The notes under the pieces were generated by a model. It saw only the letters and a program-made list of their open reading frames with translations. It was not told the origin of the DNA and did not search any database. 64,000 bases of DNA. It comes from Cyanobacteriota bacterium. Its GTDB lineage: Bacteria > Cyanobacteriota > Cyanobacteriia > Thermostichales > Thermostichaceae. Both the position numbers and the translations under genes were made by a program. Below, one piece after another: positions 20,973 to 29,921 of the stretch; the stretch's first letter is position 1, and the number at the start of each line of letters is the position of its first letter. Where the stretch lies: assembly GCA_033764955.1 (NCBI GenBank), contig JANRIL010000024.1, positions 96,001-160,000 on the forward strand, in the 5' to 3' direction.

Positions 20973-22082
20973 ATGGATGTGAAAGCTGCTGTTGCCCACG
21001 CTGCCGGAAAACCCCTGTCGATTGAGACGGTGCAACTGCAAGAGCCGCAAGAAGGGGAGGTCTTGTTAGAGATCAAAGCCACCGGAGTCTGTCATACCGA
21101 TGCGTTTACCCTCTCCGGAGCGGATCCTGAAGGGTTATTCCCAGCGATTTTGGGGCACGAAGGGGCAGGCGTGGTGGTGGAAGTGGGGCCAGGGGTAAAA
21201 TCCCTCAAACCAGGGGATCATGGGATCCCGCTCTACACGCCGGAATGCCGGAATTGTGATTATTGCCTGAGTGGCAAAACCAATCTTTGTCAAGCTATTC
21301 GGGTCACCCAGGGCAAGGGATTGATGCCCAATGGCACGAGCCGCTTTTCTCAAGATGGACAAATGCTCCATCACTATATGGGAACCTCTACATTTGCCCA
21401 GTATACTGTTTTGCCAGAAATTGCTGTGGCTAAAATTCGAGAAGATGCCCCTTTTGAAAAAGTTTGCTATATCGGTTGTGGGGTGACTACGGGGATTGGA
21501 GCTGTCATCCATACTGCCAAAGTGGAACCAGGATCCAACGTGATTGTCTTTGGTTTAGGGGGCATTGGCCTGAATGTCATCCAAGGGTGTCGGATGGTGG
21601 GAGCCAATCAAATTATTGGTGTGGATCTCAATCCCAAAAAACGGGTATTGGCAGAGAAATTAGGTATGACTCACTTTGTTAACCCACAAGAGGTTGAGGG
21701 GGATCTCGTTCCTTATTTGATAGATCTAACCAAGGGTGGGGCTGACTATACTTTTGAATGTATTGGCAATGTCAAGGTGATGCGACAGGCGTTAGAGTGT
21801 TGCCACAAAGGATGGGGGGTCAGTGTGATTATTGGAGTGGCTGGAGCCGGACAAGAAATTAGTACCCGCCCCTTTCAATTGGTGACCGGACGAGTCTGGA
21901 AAGGCTCAGCATTTGGAGGGGCAAAAGGCCGTACGGATGTTCCTAAAATTGTTGATTGGTATATGAACGGCAAGATCAACATTGATGATCTGATCACCCA
22001 TGTTATGCCACTAGAAAAGATCAATGATGCCTTTGATCTGATGCACCAAGGGGAGTCCATTCGCACCGTTATCACCTTCTAA
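20973..22082 (+). CDS. frmA: S-(hydroxymethyl)glutathione dehydrogenase / class III alcohol dehydrogenase
   Basis: [51 protein letters not shown] 20973 preferred over 20925. Confidence 0.96.
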   Translation: MDVKAAVAHAAGKPLSIETVQLQEPQEGEVLLEIKATGVCHTDAFTLSGADPEGLFPAILGHEGAGVVVEVGPGVKSLKPGDHGIPLYTPECRNCDYCLSGKTNLCQAIRVTQGKGLMPNGTSRFSQDGQMLHHYMGTSTFAQYTVLPEIAVAKIREDAPFEKVCYIGCGVTTGIGAVIHTAKVEPGSNVIVFGLGGIGLNVIQGCRMVGANQIIGVDLNPKKRVLAEKLGMTHFVNPQEVEGDLVPYLIDLTKGGADYTFECIGNVKVMRQALECCHKGWGVSVIIGVAGAGQEISTRPFQLVTGRVWKGSAFGGAKGRTDVPKIVDWYMNGKINIDDLITHVMPLEKINDAFDLMHQGESIRTVITF

Positions 22083-22088
22083 TAGTTC

Positions 22089-23396
22089 ATGAGTCTTGCT
22101 AACAATCAGCACAACCCAACATCCGCTGTGCTCGTCGTGGGAGCCGGAGCGGCAGGGGTAGCGGCGGCTCATCGCTTGCAGGCAGCGGGAGAGACGGTGG
22201 TGGTCTTGGAGGCTCGCCATCGACTGGGGGGTAGGGTTTGGACGGATGAACAGTTTGCCAACTTCCCGGTGGAATTGGGGGCGGAGTTTATTCATGGGGA
22301 GCAGGCTCCCACCCACCTCCTGCTGAAAGAATCGGGTTTGCAGGGGATCCCGGTATCGTTGAAACCCAATTTGTGGTGGTCGGAAGCAGGGCAAGCGGCT
22401 CGACCCATTCCCGATCTTTCTCCAGCTTGCCAGTCCATCTGGCAGGGATTGCAGGCTGATTATCAGCACTTGTTGAACAGTCACCTCAACGAAGACGATT
22501 CTCTGGGGAACTATTTACGGACGCGAGGTTGGCAGGGGGAAGCCTTGGGGATGGCAGATGTGTTGTTGGCACAAACCTGCTGCGCCCCATTAGACTCCCT
22601 CAGTTGTCAAGACTTGATCCGCGAAGCCCAGGTGGATCAGGCTGGCGCTGGTGAAGCCAGGATTGCAGAGGGCTATCACCGTTTATTGACCTACCTGGCC
22701 CGTGATCTCTCCATTGACTATGGCCAAGTGGTGCAAGGGATCCACTGTTCATCCTCCCGCGTTCAGATCCACACCGCCCAGCAAGACTATCAAGGGAAAG
22801 CTTGTATCGTCACGGTTCCGGTCAGTTTGTTGCAAGGGTCAACTATCCGATTTGATCCTCCCCTCTCACCAGAAAAGCGACGAGCTATTCAGTCCTTTCG
22901 CATAGAGCCTTCCAGCAAGTTGATCTACCGCTTTCGTCAACACCTGTGGCCCGACTCCCTCACCCTGATGGCACATCAAGGCTTAGTAGCGCGTTGGTGG
23001 ACTCCCGCCTATGCTCGTTCGGGAGCCGATGCGGTGATCGCCAGCCACATTACTGCCCAGCGTGCCCATCACATTGACCGTCTCCCCCTAGCCACCGCCC
23101 TGGCCCTGGGATTGCGGGATCTCAGCCTTCTCCTGGGCATCTCTATGGCTCACCTGCAAGCCGAGTGTCTGGATGCCCGCCGCCTCAGTTGGGGAGCGGA
23201 TCCCTACACGCTGGGGGGATATGCCCATATTCCGCCCGGTCAAGCTGAGGCAAGAGTAGTGTTGGCGCAACCGGAGGGATCCCGTTTATTTTTTGCCGGA
23301 GAAGCAACGGCCTACGACAGCAATCCCCAAACAGTGCATGGGGCGATGGTGAGTGGTTGGCGAGCCGCCCAATCCTGCTTGGAGGCGGTGGGGTGA
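22089..23396 (+). CDS. flavin-containing amine oxidase family protein
   Basis: VVGAGAAG, LEARHRLGGRVWT, ELGAEFIHG, W..DPY..GGY, LFFAGEAT, TVHGA..SG.RAA. Confidence 0.9.
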   Translation: MSLANNQHNPTSAVLVVGAGAAGVAAAHRLQAAGETVVVLEARHRLGGRVWTDEQFANFPVELGAEFIHGEQAPTHLLLKESGLQGIPVSLKPNLWWSEAGQAARPIPDLSPACQSIWQGLQADYQHLLNSHLNEDDSLGNYLRTRGWQGEALGMADVLLAQTCCAPLDSLSCQDLIREAQVDQAGAGEARIAEGYHRLLTYLARDLSIDYGQVVQGIHCSSSRVQIHTAQQDYQGKACIVTVPVSLLQGSTIRFDPPLSPEKRRAIQSFRIEPSSKLIYRFRQHLWPDSLTLMAHQGLVARWWTPAYARSGADAVIASHITAQRAHHIDRLPLATALALGLRDLSLLLGISMAHLQAECLDARRLSWGADPYTLGGYAHIPPGQAEARVVLAQPEGSRLFFAGEATAYDSNPQTVHGAMVSGWRAAQSCLEAVG

Positions 23397-23460
23397 AGGC
23401 TTGCTCTGGATCCCAGATGTGGTCTAATGGGCAACTAAGGATGACAAGGATTCAGAAACT

Positions 23461-24678
23461 ATGACGGCAGAGTGGCAGGTCATTTCCGGCGGCATCACGG
23501 CTCCCCGCGGATTTCGAGCAACGGGCATAGCGGCAGGACTGAAGCCGTCGGGTGCTCCCGATCTCACCCTGATTGTCTCGGATGTGGCGGCGGTAGCGGC
23601 AGGGGTGTTTACCACCAATCAGGTCAAAGCTGCCTGTGTTACCTATGGGCAAGCGGTGATCGCTCAACAACAGCCTGTGCGGGCGATTGTCTGTAATGCG
23701 GGTCAGGCCAATGCCTGTACGGGCAGTCAAGGGGATGTCGATAATCAAGAATTGGCACGCCTGGTGGCGGAGCAACTGGGGATCCCTGCTGAGCAGGTGT
23801 TGACGGCCTCTACGGGGGTGATTGGGCGACGACTGGCCATGGATAAATTGCAGCAGGCCATGCCTCATCTGGTGGAAAGCCTATCGGTGGAGGGGGCAGC
23901 TCAAGCGGCGCGGGCCATTTTGACCACGGATCTGGTGGAAAAAACCATTACATTGCAGGCAGAAATTGCCGGGATCCCAGTGCGCTTGGCGGGCATTGCC
24001 AAGGGTTCTGGCATGATTCATCCCAATCTGGCCACCATGCTGGCCTTTATCACCTGTGATGCCAGTGTCTCCCCCGCCCTTTGGCAAAACATGTTGGCGA
24101 CAGCCGCCGATCTGAGTTTTAACCAGATCACCGTAGACGGCGATACCAGCACCAACGATATGCTCTTGGCGCTGGCCAACGGACAGTCGGGATCCCCCTT
24201 GATTCAGGCCGATACTGCTGAGGCAGAGCAGTTACAGACCATGCTCAATGCCGCCTGCATCCATCTGGCTAAGGCGATTGCGCGGGATGGGGAAGGAGCC
24301 AATAAATTGCTAGAAATTCGGGTAAGAGGAGCGGCTAGCGCCGCCGCCGCCCGCCAAATTGCCCGTGTGATTGCCAGTTCTCCCCTCGTCAAGTCGGCGG
24401 CCTTTGGCTGTGATCCCAACTGGGGGCGGGTGGTTGCCGCGGCGGGGCGGGCGGGGGTAACTTTTGATGCACGGTTGATTGATCTTTGGTTAGGGGATTT
24501 TCAGATGATGCAAGCGGGGATGCCGCTGCCTTTTGATCGGCAGGCTGCCTCCGACTATTTGAAAGGGGATCCCGTTACCTTCCTCGTGGATTTGCATCAG
24601 GGATCCGGGGAAGGAATCGCCTGGGGCTGCGACCTCAGCTACGACTATGTCAAGATCAACGCCGAATACACTACTTAA
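23461..24678 (+). CDS. argJ: bifunctional ornithine acetyltransferase/N-acetylglutamate synthase
   Basis: NAGQANA, STGVIG, AKGSGMIHPN, DGDTSTND, ARDGEGA, DPNWGR, INAEY. Confidence 0.96.
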   Translation: MTAEWQVISGGITAPRGFRATGIAAGLKPSGAPDLTLIVSDVAAVAAGVFTTNQVKAACVTYGQAVIAQQQPVRAIVCNAGQANACTGSQGDVDNQELARLVAEQLGIPAEQVLTASTGVIGRRLAMDKLQQAMPHLVESLSVEGAAQAARAILTTDLVEKTITLQAEIAGIPVRLAGIAKGSGMIHPNLATMLAFITCDASVSPALWQNMLATAADLSFNQITVDGDTSTNDMLLALANGQSGSPLIQADTAEAEQLQTMLNAACIHLAKAIARDGEGANKLLEIRVRGAASAAAARQIARVIASSPLVKSAAFGCDPNWGRVVAAAGRAGVTFDARLIDLWLGDFQMMQAGMPLPFDRQAASDYLKGDPVTFLVDLHQGSGEGIAWGCDLSYDYVKINAEYTT

Positions 24679-24769
24679 ACCTCCCCATTCAAATCTCGAC
24701 GATTCTAAGTGGCAATCTCTGGGAACGTCCTTGAATGACTCCGAACTATTCCATCTACCGTGAGCTGTT

Positions 24770-25717
24770 ATGACCCCTGCTCCCCCGATTTTACAGACCA
24801 CCAGCCGGATCCCACTGGGTTCCAGTGAGGTCTGGGTCAGTCCGCTAGGAATTGGCACCTGGGCGTGGGGGGATCGTCTCTTTTGGGGCTATGGCGGTCA
24901 GTATCGAGACGAGGATTTACAGGCCGCTTTTGCCACCTGCCTAGAGGCGGGGATCAATTTTTTCGATACGGCGGAAGTGTATGGACTGGGGCGTTCGGAG
25001 CAGTTGTTGGGTCAGTTTGCCAGCGGACAATCGCTAGTGATGGCCAGTAAATTTATGCCCTATCCCTGGCGGTTCGCCCCCCAAAGCTTGCGGGATGCCC
25101 TCCGCCATAGTTTGCAGCGGCTGGGGTTAGATTGCCTAGATCTCTATCAAATTCATTGGCCTATTCCACTCTTGGCGATTGAGGTCTGGGTGGAGGCTCT
25201 GGCGGATGTGGTGGAGGCGGGGCTGGCGCGGGCGGTGGGGGTTTCTAACTATAGTGCGGATCAAATGCGTCGCGCCCACGCGGTGTTGCAGGCACGCGGG
25301 ATCCCGTTAGCCTCCAATCAGGTGCAGTACAGTTTGCTGCATCGACAACCGGAGCGGGATGGGGTAAGGCAAGCCTGTCAAGAACTGGGGGTGACGCTGA
25401 TTGCCTATAGTCCTTTGGGAATGGGCTTGCTCACAGGCAAATATAACCCAGAGCGGCTACCGGCGGGGCCACGCCGTTGGACAGCCGCCACCAAACTGGC
25501 TCAGGTCAAACCCCTCCTCGATGCCATGCAGCCGATAGCCACCCACCACGGCAAAAGTCTGGCTCAGGTTGCCCTCAACTGGACAATAGCCAAGGGATCC
25601 CTGCCGATTCCGGGAGCCAAAAATGCCCGCCAAGCCGCCGAAAATGCCGGAGCTTTGGGCTGGTCACTCACCGCCGAGGAAGTTGGCGCTCTTGATCAAG
25701 CCAGTCAAGACTTTTAG
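24770..25717 (+). CDS. aldo/keto reductase
   Basis: LGIGTW, FDTAEVYG, DLYQIHWP, VGVSN, AYSPL, PIPG. Confidence 0.93.
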   Translation: MTPAPPILQTTSRIPLGSSEVWVSPLGIGTWAWGDRLFWGYGGQYRDEDLQAAFATCLEAGINFFDTAEVYGLGRSEQLLGQFASGQSLVMASKFMPYPWRFAPQSLRDALRHSLQRLGLDCLDLYQIHWPIPLLAIEVWVEALADVVEAGLARAVGVSNYSADQMRRAHAVLQARGIPLASNQVQYSLLHRQPERDGVRQACQELGVTLIAYSPLGMGLLTGKYNPERLPAGPRRWTAATKLAQVKPLLDAMQPIATHHGKSLAQVALNWTIAKGSLPIPGAKNARQAAENAGALGWSLTAEEVGALDQASQDF

Positions 25718-25723
25718 AGGTTT

Positions 25724-27016
25724 TTATCCGAAAACGGGGACTTTTTGCTGGGGAGGATAGATCAGATAAACTGTACCCCCAGAAGCCCCTAGCCACAGCT
25801 TCTCCAGTTGGGCGCGGGGATAAGTCCGCCGCACCTCACTATCACGGGCAGCAGCAGGATCATGGACGATGGGATCCCCTTGGGTGTTAAAGCCCACCAG
25901 CACCGCCAAATGCCCATCACTTTTCGGAATAGCGGCTCCGGCTAGCTCCCCCTCTTGCCACGCAAAGCTAAACACCACCGGAACCTGGGCGGCAATCCAG
26001 GGTTCGGCGGCGGCTAAGCTGTTGAGGCGAGCCACATAGCCCAGTAACCCCTGACTGGTGGCATGAGCCACATTAAACGCCCAGTTGCCATGCCCGTCGT
26101 AGAGCCAATCATAAACCCCTGCGACAGTTGCTCTCACCTGCGGTTCACAGGCTGCCTGACTGGATTGCCAGTAGGCTTTGACCATCGCCACCGAGGTAGG
26201 ACTGCACCATACCTCCCCCCCGTCGGCATAGACCATCTGAGAGCATTCGGGTAACGATAAAGAGCGGTTCCAGAGGGCAGGATTACCTGAGATCCCCGAT
26301 TCCGCCTGGATAGGGATAGTAGAGGTAGCCACCGCCGCCTGCCGCAGCACAGGTATCGCCGTCTCCTGCTCGCTAAATAAGCGCACTTTCACTTGCAGGG
26401 CGGAGGATCCCTGTATCTCATCTTTTAAGACCAAGAGATCGGTGTAGAGATTGCCATGCTCGTCCGCCTGCTCATCGATGGAGTGGGGTTGCACAGTCGC
26501 GGAAGGGTGAGAAGTCCAGACGCCATAGCTATACCATTTTGTCCAGCCATCTTTAATTTGGGCACGCAATTGCACTTCCACCCAAGATCCGGCGGGAGTA
26601 GTGGTGTTCCAGGAGGCGAGTGCCCCCACAAACCCAAAGGTCGTCGGGGTGATCGGGCTGATGGCTTCTCCCAGCCAAAACTCCCCGCCATTGTAAAAAT
26701 TACCCTCCCGATAGCCTCCTGCCGGATAGGGATCCCGTTGCCACTCTGCGGTTGGGGGATCCAATTGCAGCGTCCCCTCAGGGGTGATCTCAATCCCCGC
26801 CAACTGCCAGTCGGCAAACCCCTGCTCAGCAGCTTGCCAAACCACCAATCCCGTTTGATAGGAAGACTGTTGCGCCATCACCGATTGCCCCGTTGTTGGG
26901 GATCCCATCATTCCCCCTAATCCTAAAACGAGGAGGCCGATCAGCCACGGAATCGAGTAGCGACCGATCCAGCGATAGAGGCTGTGCAGCATAGTTTGGG
27001 GATCCCGACACTCCAT
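25724..27016 (-). CDS. secreted peptidase C39-like family protein
   Basis: Signal-like segment; SQM, WCSPTSVAM (catalytic Cys), GNWAFN, GHLAVLVGF, HDPAA; the start may be 26992. Confidence 0.82.
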   Translation of the reverse strand: MECRDPQTMLHSLYRWIGRYSIPWLIGLLVLGLGGMMGSPTTGQSVMAQQSSYQTGLVVWQAAEQGFADWQLAGIEITPEGTLQLDPPTAEWQRDPYPAGGYREGNFYNGGEFWLGEAISPITPTTFGFVGALASWNTTTPAGSWVEVQLRAQIKDGWTKWYSYGVWTSHPSATVQPHSIDEQADEHGNLYTDLLVLKDEIQGSSALQVKVRLFSEQETAIPVLRQAAVATSTIPIQAESGISGNPALWNRSLSLPECSQMVYADGGEVWCSPTSVAMVKAYWQSSQAACEPQVRATVAGVYDWLYDGHGNWAFNVAHATSQGLLGYVARLNSLAAAEPWIAAQVPVVFSFAWQEGELAGAAIPKSDGHLAVLVGFNTQGDPIVHDPAAARDSEVRRTYPRAQLEKLWLGASGGTVYLIYPPQQKVPVFG

Positions 27017-27049
27017 TTGCCCTTCACTCTACAGCAACTCCCTAACGTG

Positions 27050-27210
27050 AAAAACAGAGGCATTCTTGACATCCTCTTCCGCCAAACGCTAGGCGATGTG
27101 GCGGGAGATTCCCAAGCCTCACGACTTGGTTTTCTGTTTCCTTCCCTTGCGGGTTTTACGCAACTGCCCTCCAGACTCATGCCTAGCTTCGCACGACGTT
27201 CCGTCTACAG
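27050..27210 (-). ncRNA. predicted TnpB omega/reRNA (right-end scaffold plus flanking guide); 5' boundary approximate
   Basis: TnpB reRNAs are known to overlap the tnpB 3' end and the right-end hairpin and to take their guide from the flank. Here the flank after TCAA is GAATGCCTCTGTTTTT. Confidence 0.5.
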
Positions 27211-28455
27211 GTCTTACGTTCGCTCCGCAGACTGTCACTGCTTGTCCAGCAGCCAAGATGTTGCAGGCAGCATTGATATCCCGGTCATGGACTGTCTGAC
27301 AGTGGGGACATTCCCACTCCCGGATGTCCAATGGCAAAGACTCAACAATATGCCCACAATGTCCACATCGCTTGGAACTGGGAAACCAGCGGTCAATTTT
27401 GACCAAGGTTCGCCCGTACCAAGCGCATTTGTAGTCCAGCATCCGCACCAGCTCCCCCCATCCCGCATCGGAGATGGAGTTGGCCAGCTTGTGATTCTTG
27501 ACCATGTTCCGCACAGCCAGGTCTTCCACGACGATGGTTTGGTTTTCACGCACCAATCGCGTACTGAGCTTGTGCAAGAAATCTTTGCGACTATCGGCAA
27601 TTTTGGCGTGTTGCCGTGCCACTTTGCGTCGCGCTTTGTCTCGGTTCTTGGATCCTTTCTGCTTGCGGCTCAGGGATTTCTGAACCTGACGCAATTTGTG
27701 GCGATATTTGCGAAAGTGGCGGGGATTGGAGATTTTCTCTCCACTGCTGAGAGTAACCAGACTGGTCAATCCTGCATCCACCCCGACAGATCCTTCAGTC
27801 TTGGGCAATGCCTCAACAGTGGGATCATCCACCAACAGCGACACGAACCAACGTCCACAGGGATCCAGCTTCACCGTCACCGTGGAGGGACTCACCCCAT
27901 CGGGCAAGGCACGGCTCCAGACAATCGGCAAGGGCTGTTCGCACTTAGCCAGAAAGAGTTGACCATTGCGGTATTTGAACGCCGATTTGGTGAACTCTGC
28001 ACTGCCCCCATTACGTTTCTTCTTGAAACGGGGGTAGCGGGCGCGCCCGTCAAAGAAGTTGGCAAACCCCTTTTGCAAGTGGCGCAAACCCTGCTGCAAG
28101 GGAACACAGCTCACCTCATTGAGAAACTGCAAGTCTTCTTGCCGTTTCCACTCAGTCAGAGCCGCCGATGTCTGAACATAGTCCACCCGCTCTTGGCGTT
28201 CATACCAAGCCTCGGTTCGCAAGGCCAATGCTTTGTTGAATACCAGCCGCACACAGCCCAGCGTCCGACCCAGCAAGGCTTCTTGCTCCGGTGTTGGATA
28301 GAAGCGGTAACGGTAGGCTCGTTCAGTCATTCCTCACACTATAGTGCAGCCAATGTGAGGACTATTGTATTGCTGGGCGATGGGGGATTGACCCCCATCG
28401 CCCAGCCTCCTATCCCTCTCCCGCCACAGCCCAGCTTGGCGGAAGTCTCTCGGAG
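27066..28455 (-). mobile_element. IS200/IS605-family TnpB-only element (IS1341-like, no tnpA)
   Basis: On the minus strand, TTGAA is followed by the left end CTCCGAGAGAC with hairpin TTCCGCCA-N10-TGGCGGGA. The right end has the related hairpin TCCCGCCA-N14-TGGCGGAA followed by GAGGATG-TCAA ending at 27066. Encloses tnpB. Confidence 0.82.
27119..28330 (-). CDS. tnpB: RNA-guided endonuclease TnpB
   Basis: HTH_OrfB start AYRYRFYPT; RuvC-I VGVDAG, RuvC-II VVEDL, Zn finger CGHC/CPHC, RuvC-III DRDINAA all intact. Confidence 0.96.
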   Translation of the reverse strand: MTERAYRYRFYPTPEQEALLGRTLGCVRLVFNKALALRTEAWYERQERVDYVQTSAALTEWKRQEDLQFLNEVSCVPLQQGLRHLQKGFANFFDGRARYPRFKKKRNGGSAEFTKSAFKYRNGQLFLAKCEQPLPIVWSRALPDGVSPSTVTVKLDPCGRWFVSLLVDDPTVEALPKTEGSVGVDAGLTSLVTLSSGEKISNPRHFRKYRHKLRQVQKSLSRKQKGSKNRDKARRKVARQHAKIADSRKDFLHKLSTRLVRENQTIVVEDLAVRNMVKNHKLANSISDAGWGELVRMLDYKCAWYGRTLVKIDRWFPSSKRCGHCGHIVESLPLDIREWECPHCQTVHDRDINAACNILAAGQAVTVCGANVRPVDGTSCEARHESGGQLRKTRKGRKQKTKS

Positions 28456-28526
28456 TTCAAGATGATGGGGATCCCTAGCCCACGGCAGACCCCCGCTAAG
28501 ATTAAGAGGTTGTATTCAAAACGGCT

Positions 28527-29792
28527 ATGTCTAGCGAACAGCCAACTCAGGCTGAAATTCTCTGCATTGGCACGGAGCTGTTGCTGGGGGAAATCACCAA
28601 TACCAATGCCCAATATCTGGCTCAAGAGCTAGCCAAATTAGGGATCCCCCACCACTTCCAAACCGTTGTGGGAGATAACATCCCGCGCATTCACCAAGCG
28701 CTCGCCATAGCCGCTCGCCGCAGCCGCTTGATCCTGATCACGGGTGGATTAGGCCCTACCCCTGACGATCTCACCCACGAGGCTATGGCCTCCTACTTTC
28801 AAGTTCCCCTCGTCGAACATCCGCAACTGTGGGAAGAAATCCAGCGTAAATATGGGCAACGGGGCATTGTCCCCTCCCCCAGCAACCGCAAACAAACCCT
28901 TTTGCCGGAGGGGGCGCAAGTTTTACCCAATCCAGTGGGGAGTGCCTGCGGCGTGATGTGGGATCCCTCTCCCCACCTCAGTCTGTTTACCTTTCCAGGG
29001 GTGCCCCAGGAAATGCAGCCGATGTGGCAGCAAACGGTTGTGCCCTATTTGCGTGCCCAGGGCTGGGGGCAAGAGGTTTTTCACAGTCAGGTGTTGCGCC
29101 ATTGGGGAATTGCCGAGTCGGTTTTGGCAGAACGCGTGGGATCCCTGTTGGATAGCACGAACCCGACGGTGGCTCCCTATGCCGGACGGGGGGAGGTGCG
29201 CCTGCGGGTAACGGGGCGAGCCGCCACTCCCGAAGCCGCCCAAGCCCTCATGGATCCGCTGATCCAGAAGCTCAAAGCGGTAGCGGGCGAGGATTATTTT
29301 GGCAGCGATGACGATACCCTGGCCTCGGTGGTGGGATCCCTGCTGCTAAAACGGCAACAAACCCTGGCGGTGGCGGAATCCTGCACAGGCGGCCTCTTGG
29401 GGGAACAGATTACTGGCATCCCCGGCAGTTCGGCCTACTTTATGGGTGGGGTGATTAGCTACGACAATCGAGTCAAACAACAGCTTTTGCAGGTGGAGTC
29501 CGAGACCCTAGCCAATTACGGAGCCGTCAGCGAGCCAGTTGCCGCTCAAATGGCTTTGGGGGTGCAAACATTGCTGCAAACCGACTGGGCACTCAGCATC
29601 ACGGGGATTGCTGGCCCCGGCGGCGGCAGCCCCACCAAGCCTGTGGGATTGGTGTTTATTGGCTTGGCGGATCCCCACCAGCAGGTACAGGTCAGTCGCC
29701 ATTCGTTGGGATCCCTGCGGGGACGGGAAGGCATCCGCTGGTCAAGTGCCCAAACGGCTCTCGATCTGCTGCGGCGGCGGCTACAGCGCTAG
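28527..29792 (+). CDS. cinA: competence/damage-inducible protein CinA (MoCF-like domain plus NMN deamidase)
   Basis: IGTELLLG, VGDN, GGLGPTPDD, PGVP.EM, AESCTGG, SITGIAGPGGG..KPVG. Confidence 0.94.
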   Translation: MSSEQPTQAEILCIGTELLLGEITNTNAQYLAQELAKLGIPHHFQTVVGDNIPRIHQALAIAARRSRLILITGGLGPTPDDLTHEAMASYFQVPLVEHPQLWEEIQRKYGQRGIVPSPSNRKQTLLPEGAQVLPNPVGSACGVMWDPSPHLSLFTFPGVPQEMQPMWQQTVVPYLRAQGWGQEVFHSQVLRHWGIAESVLAERVGSLLDSTNPTVAPYAGRGEVRLRVTGRAATPEAAQALMDPLIQKLKAVAGEDYFGSDDDTLASVVGSLLLKRQQTLAVAESCTGGLLGEQITGIPGSSAYFMGGVISYDNRVKQQLLQVESETLANYGAVSEPVAAQMALGVQTLLQTDWALSITGIAGPGGGSPTKPVGLVFIGLADPHQQVQVSRHSLGSLRGREGIRWSSAQTALDLLRRRLQR

Positions 29793-29921
29793 ACCTCTGC
29801 TTGAGCATTGCCCTTCTTGTCGTTGATTTTTCTAGACAGTCTAGCGATCAGCGATCCCCCCACTCCCAAACGGGTAGGCGCTACAGTGAGCAAGGTGAGC
29901 GGTGGGAGGAGCAACACACCC

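Noticed and set aside
26984..28465. 493-aa plus-strand ORF
   Set aside because: Antisense shadow of tnpB with no recognisable motifs.
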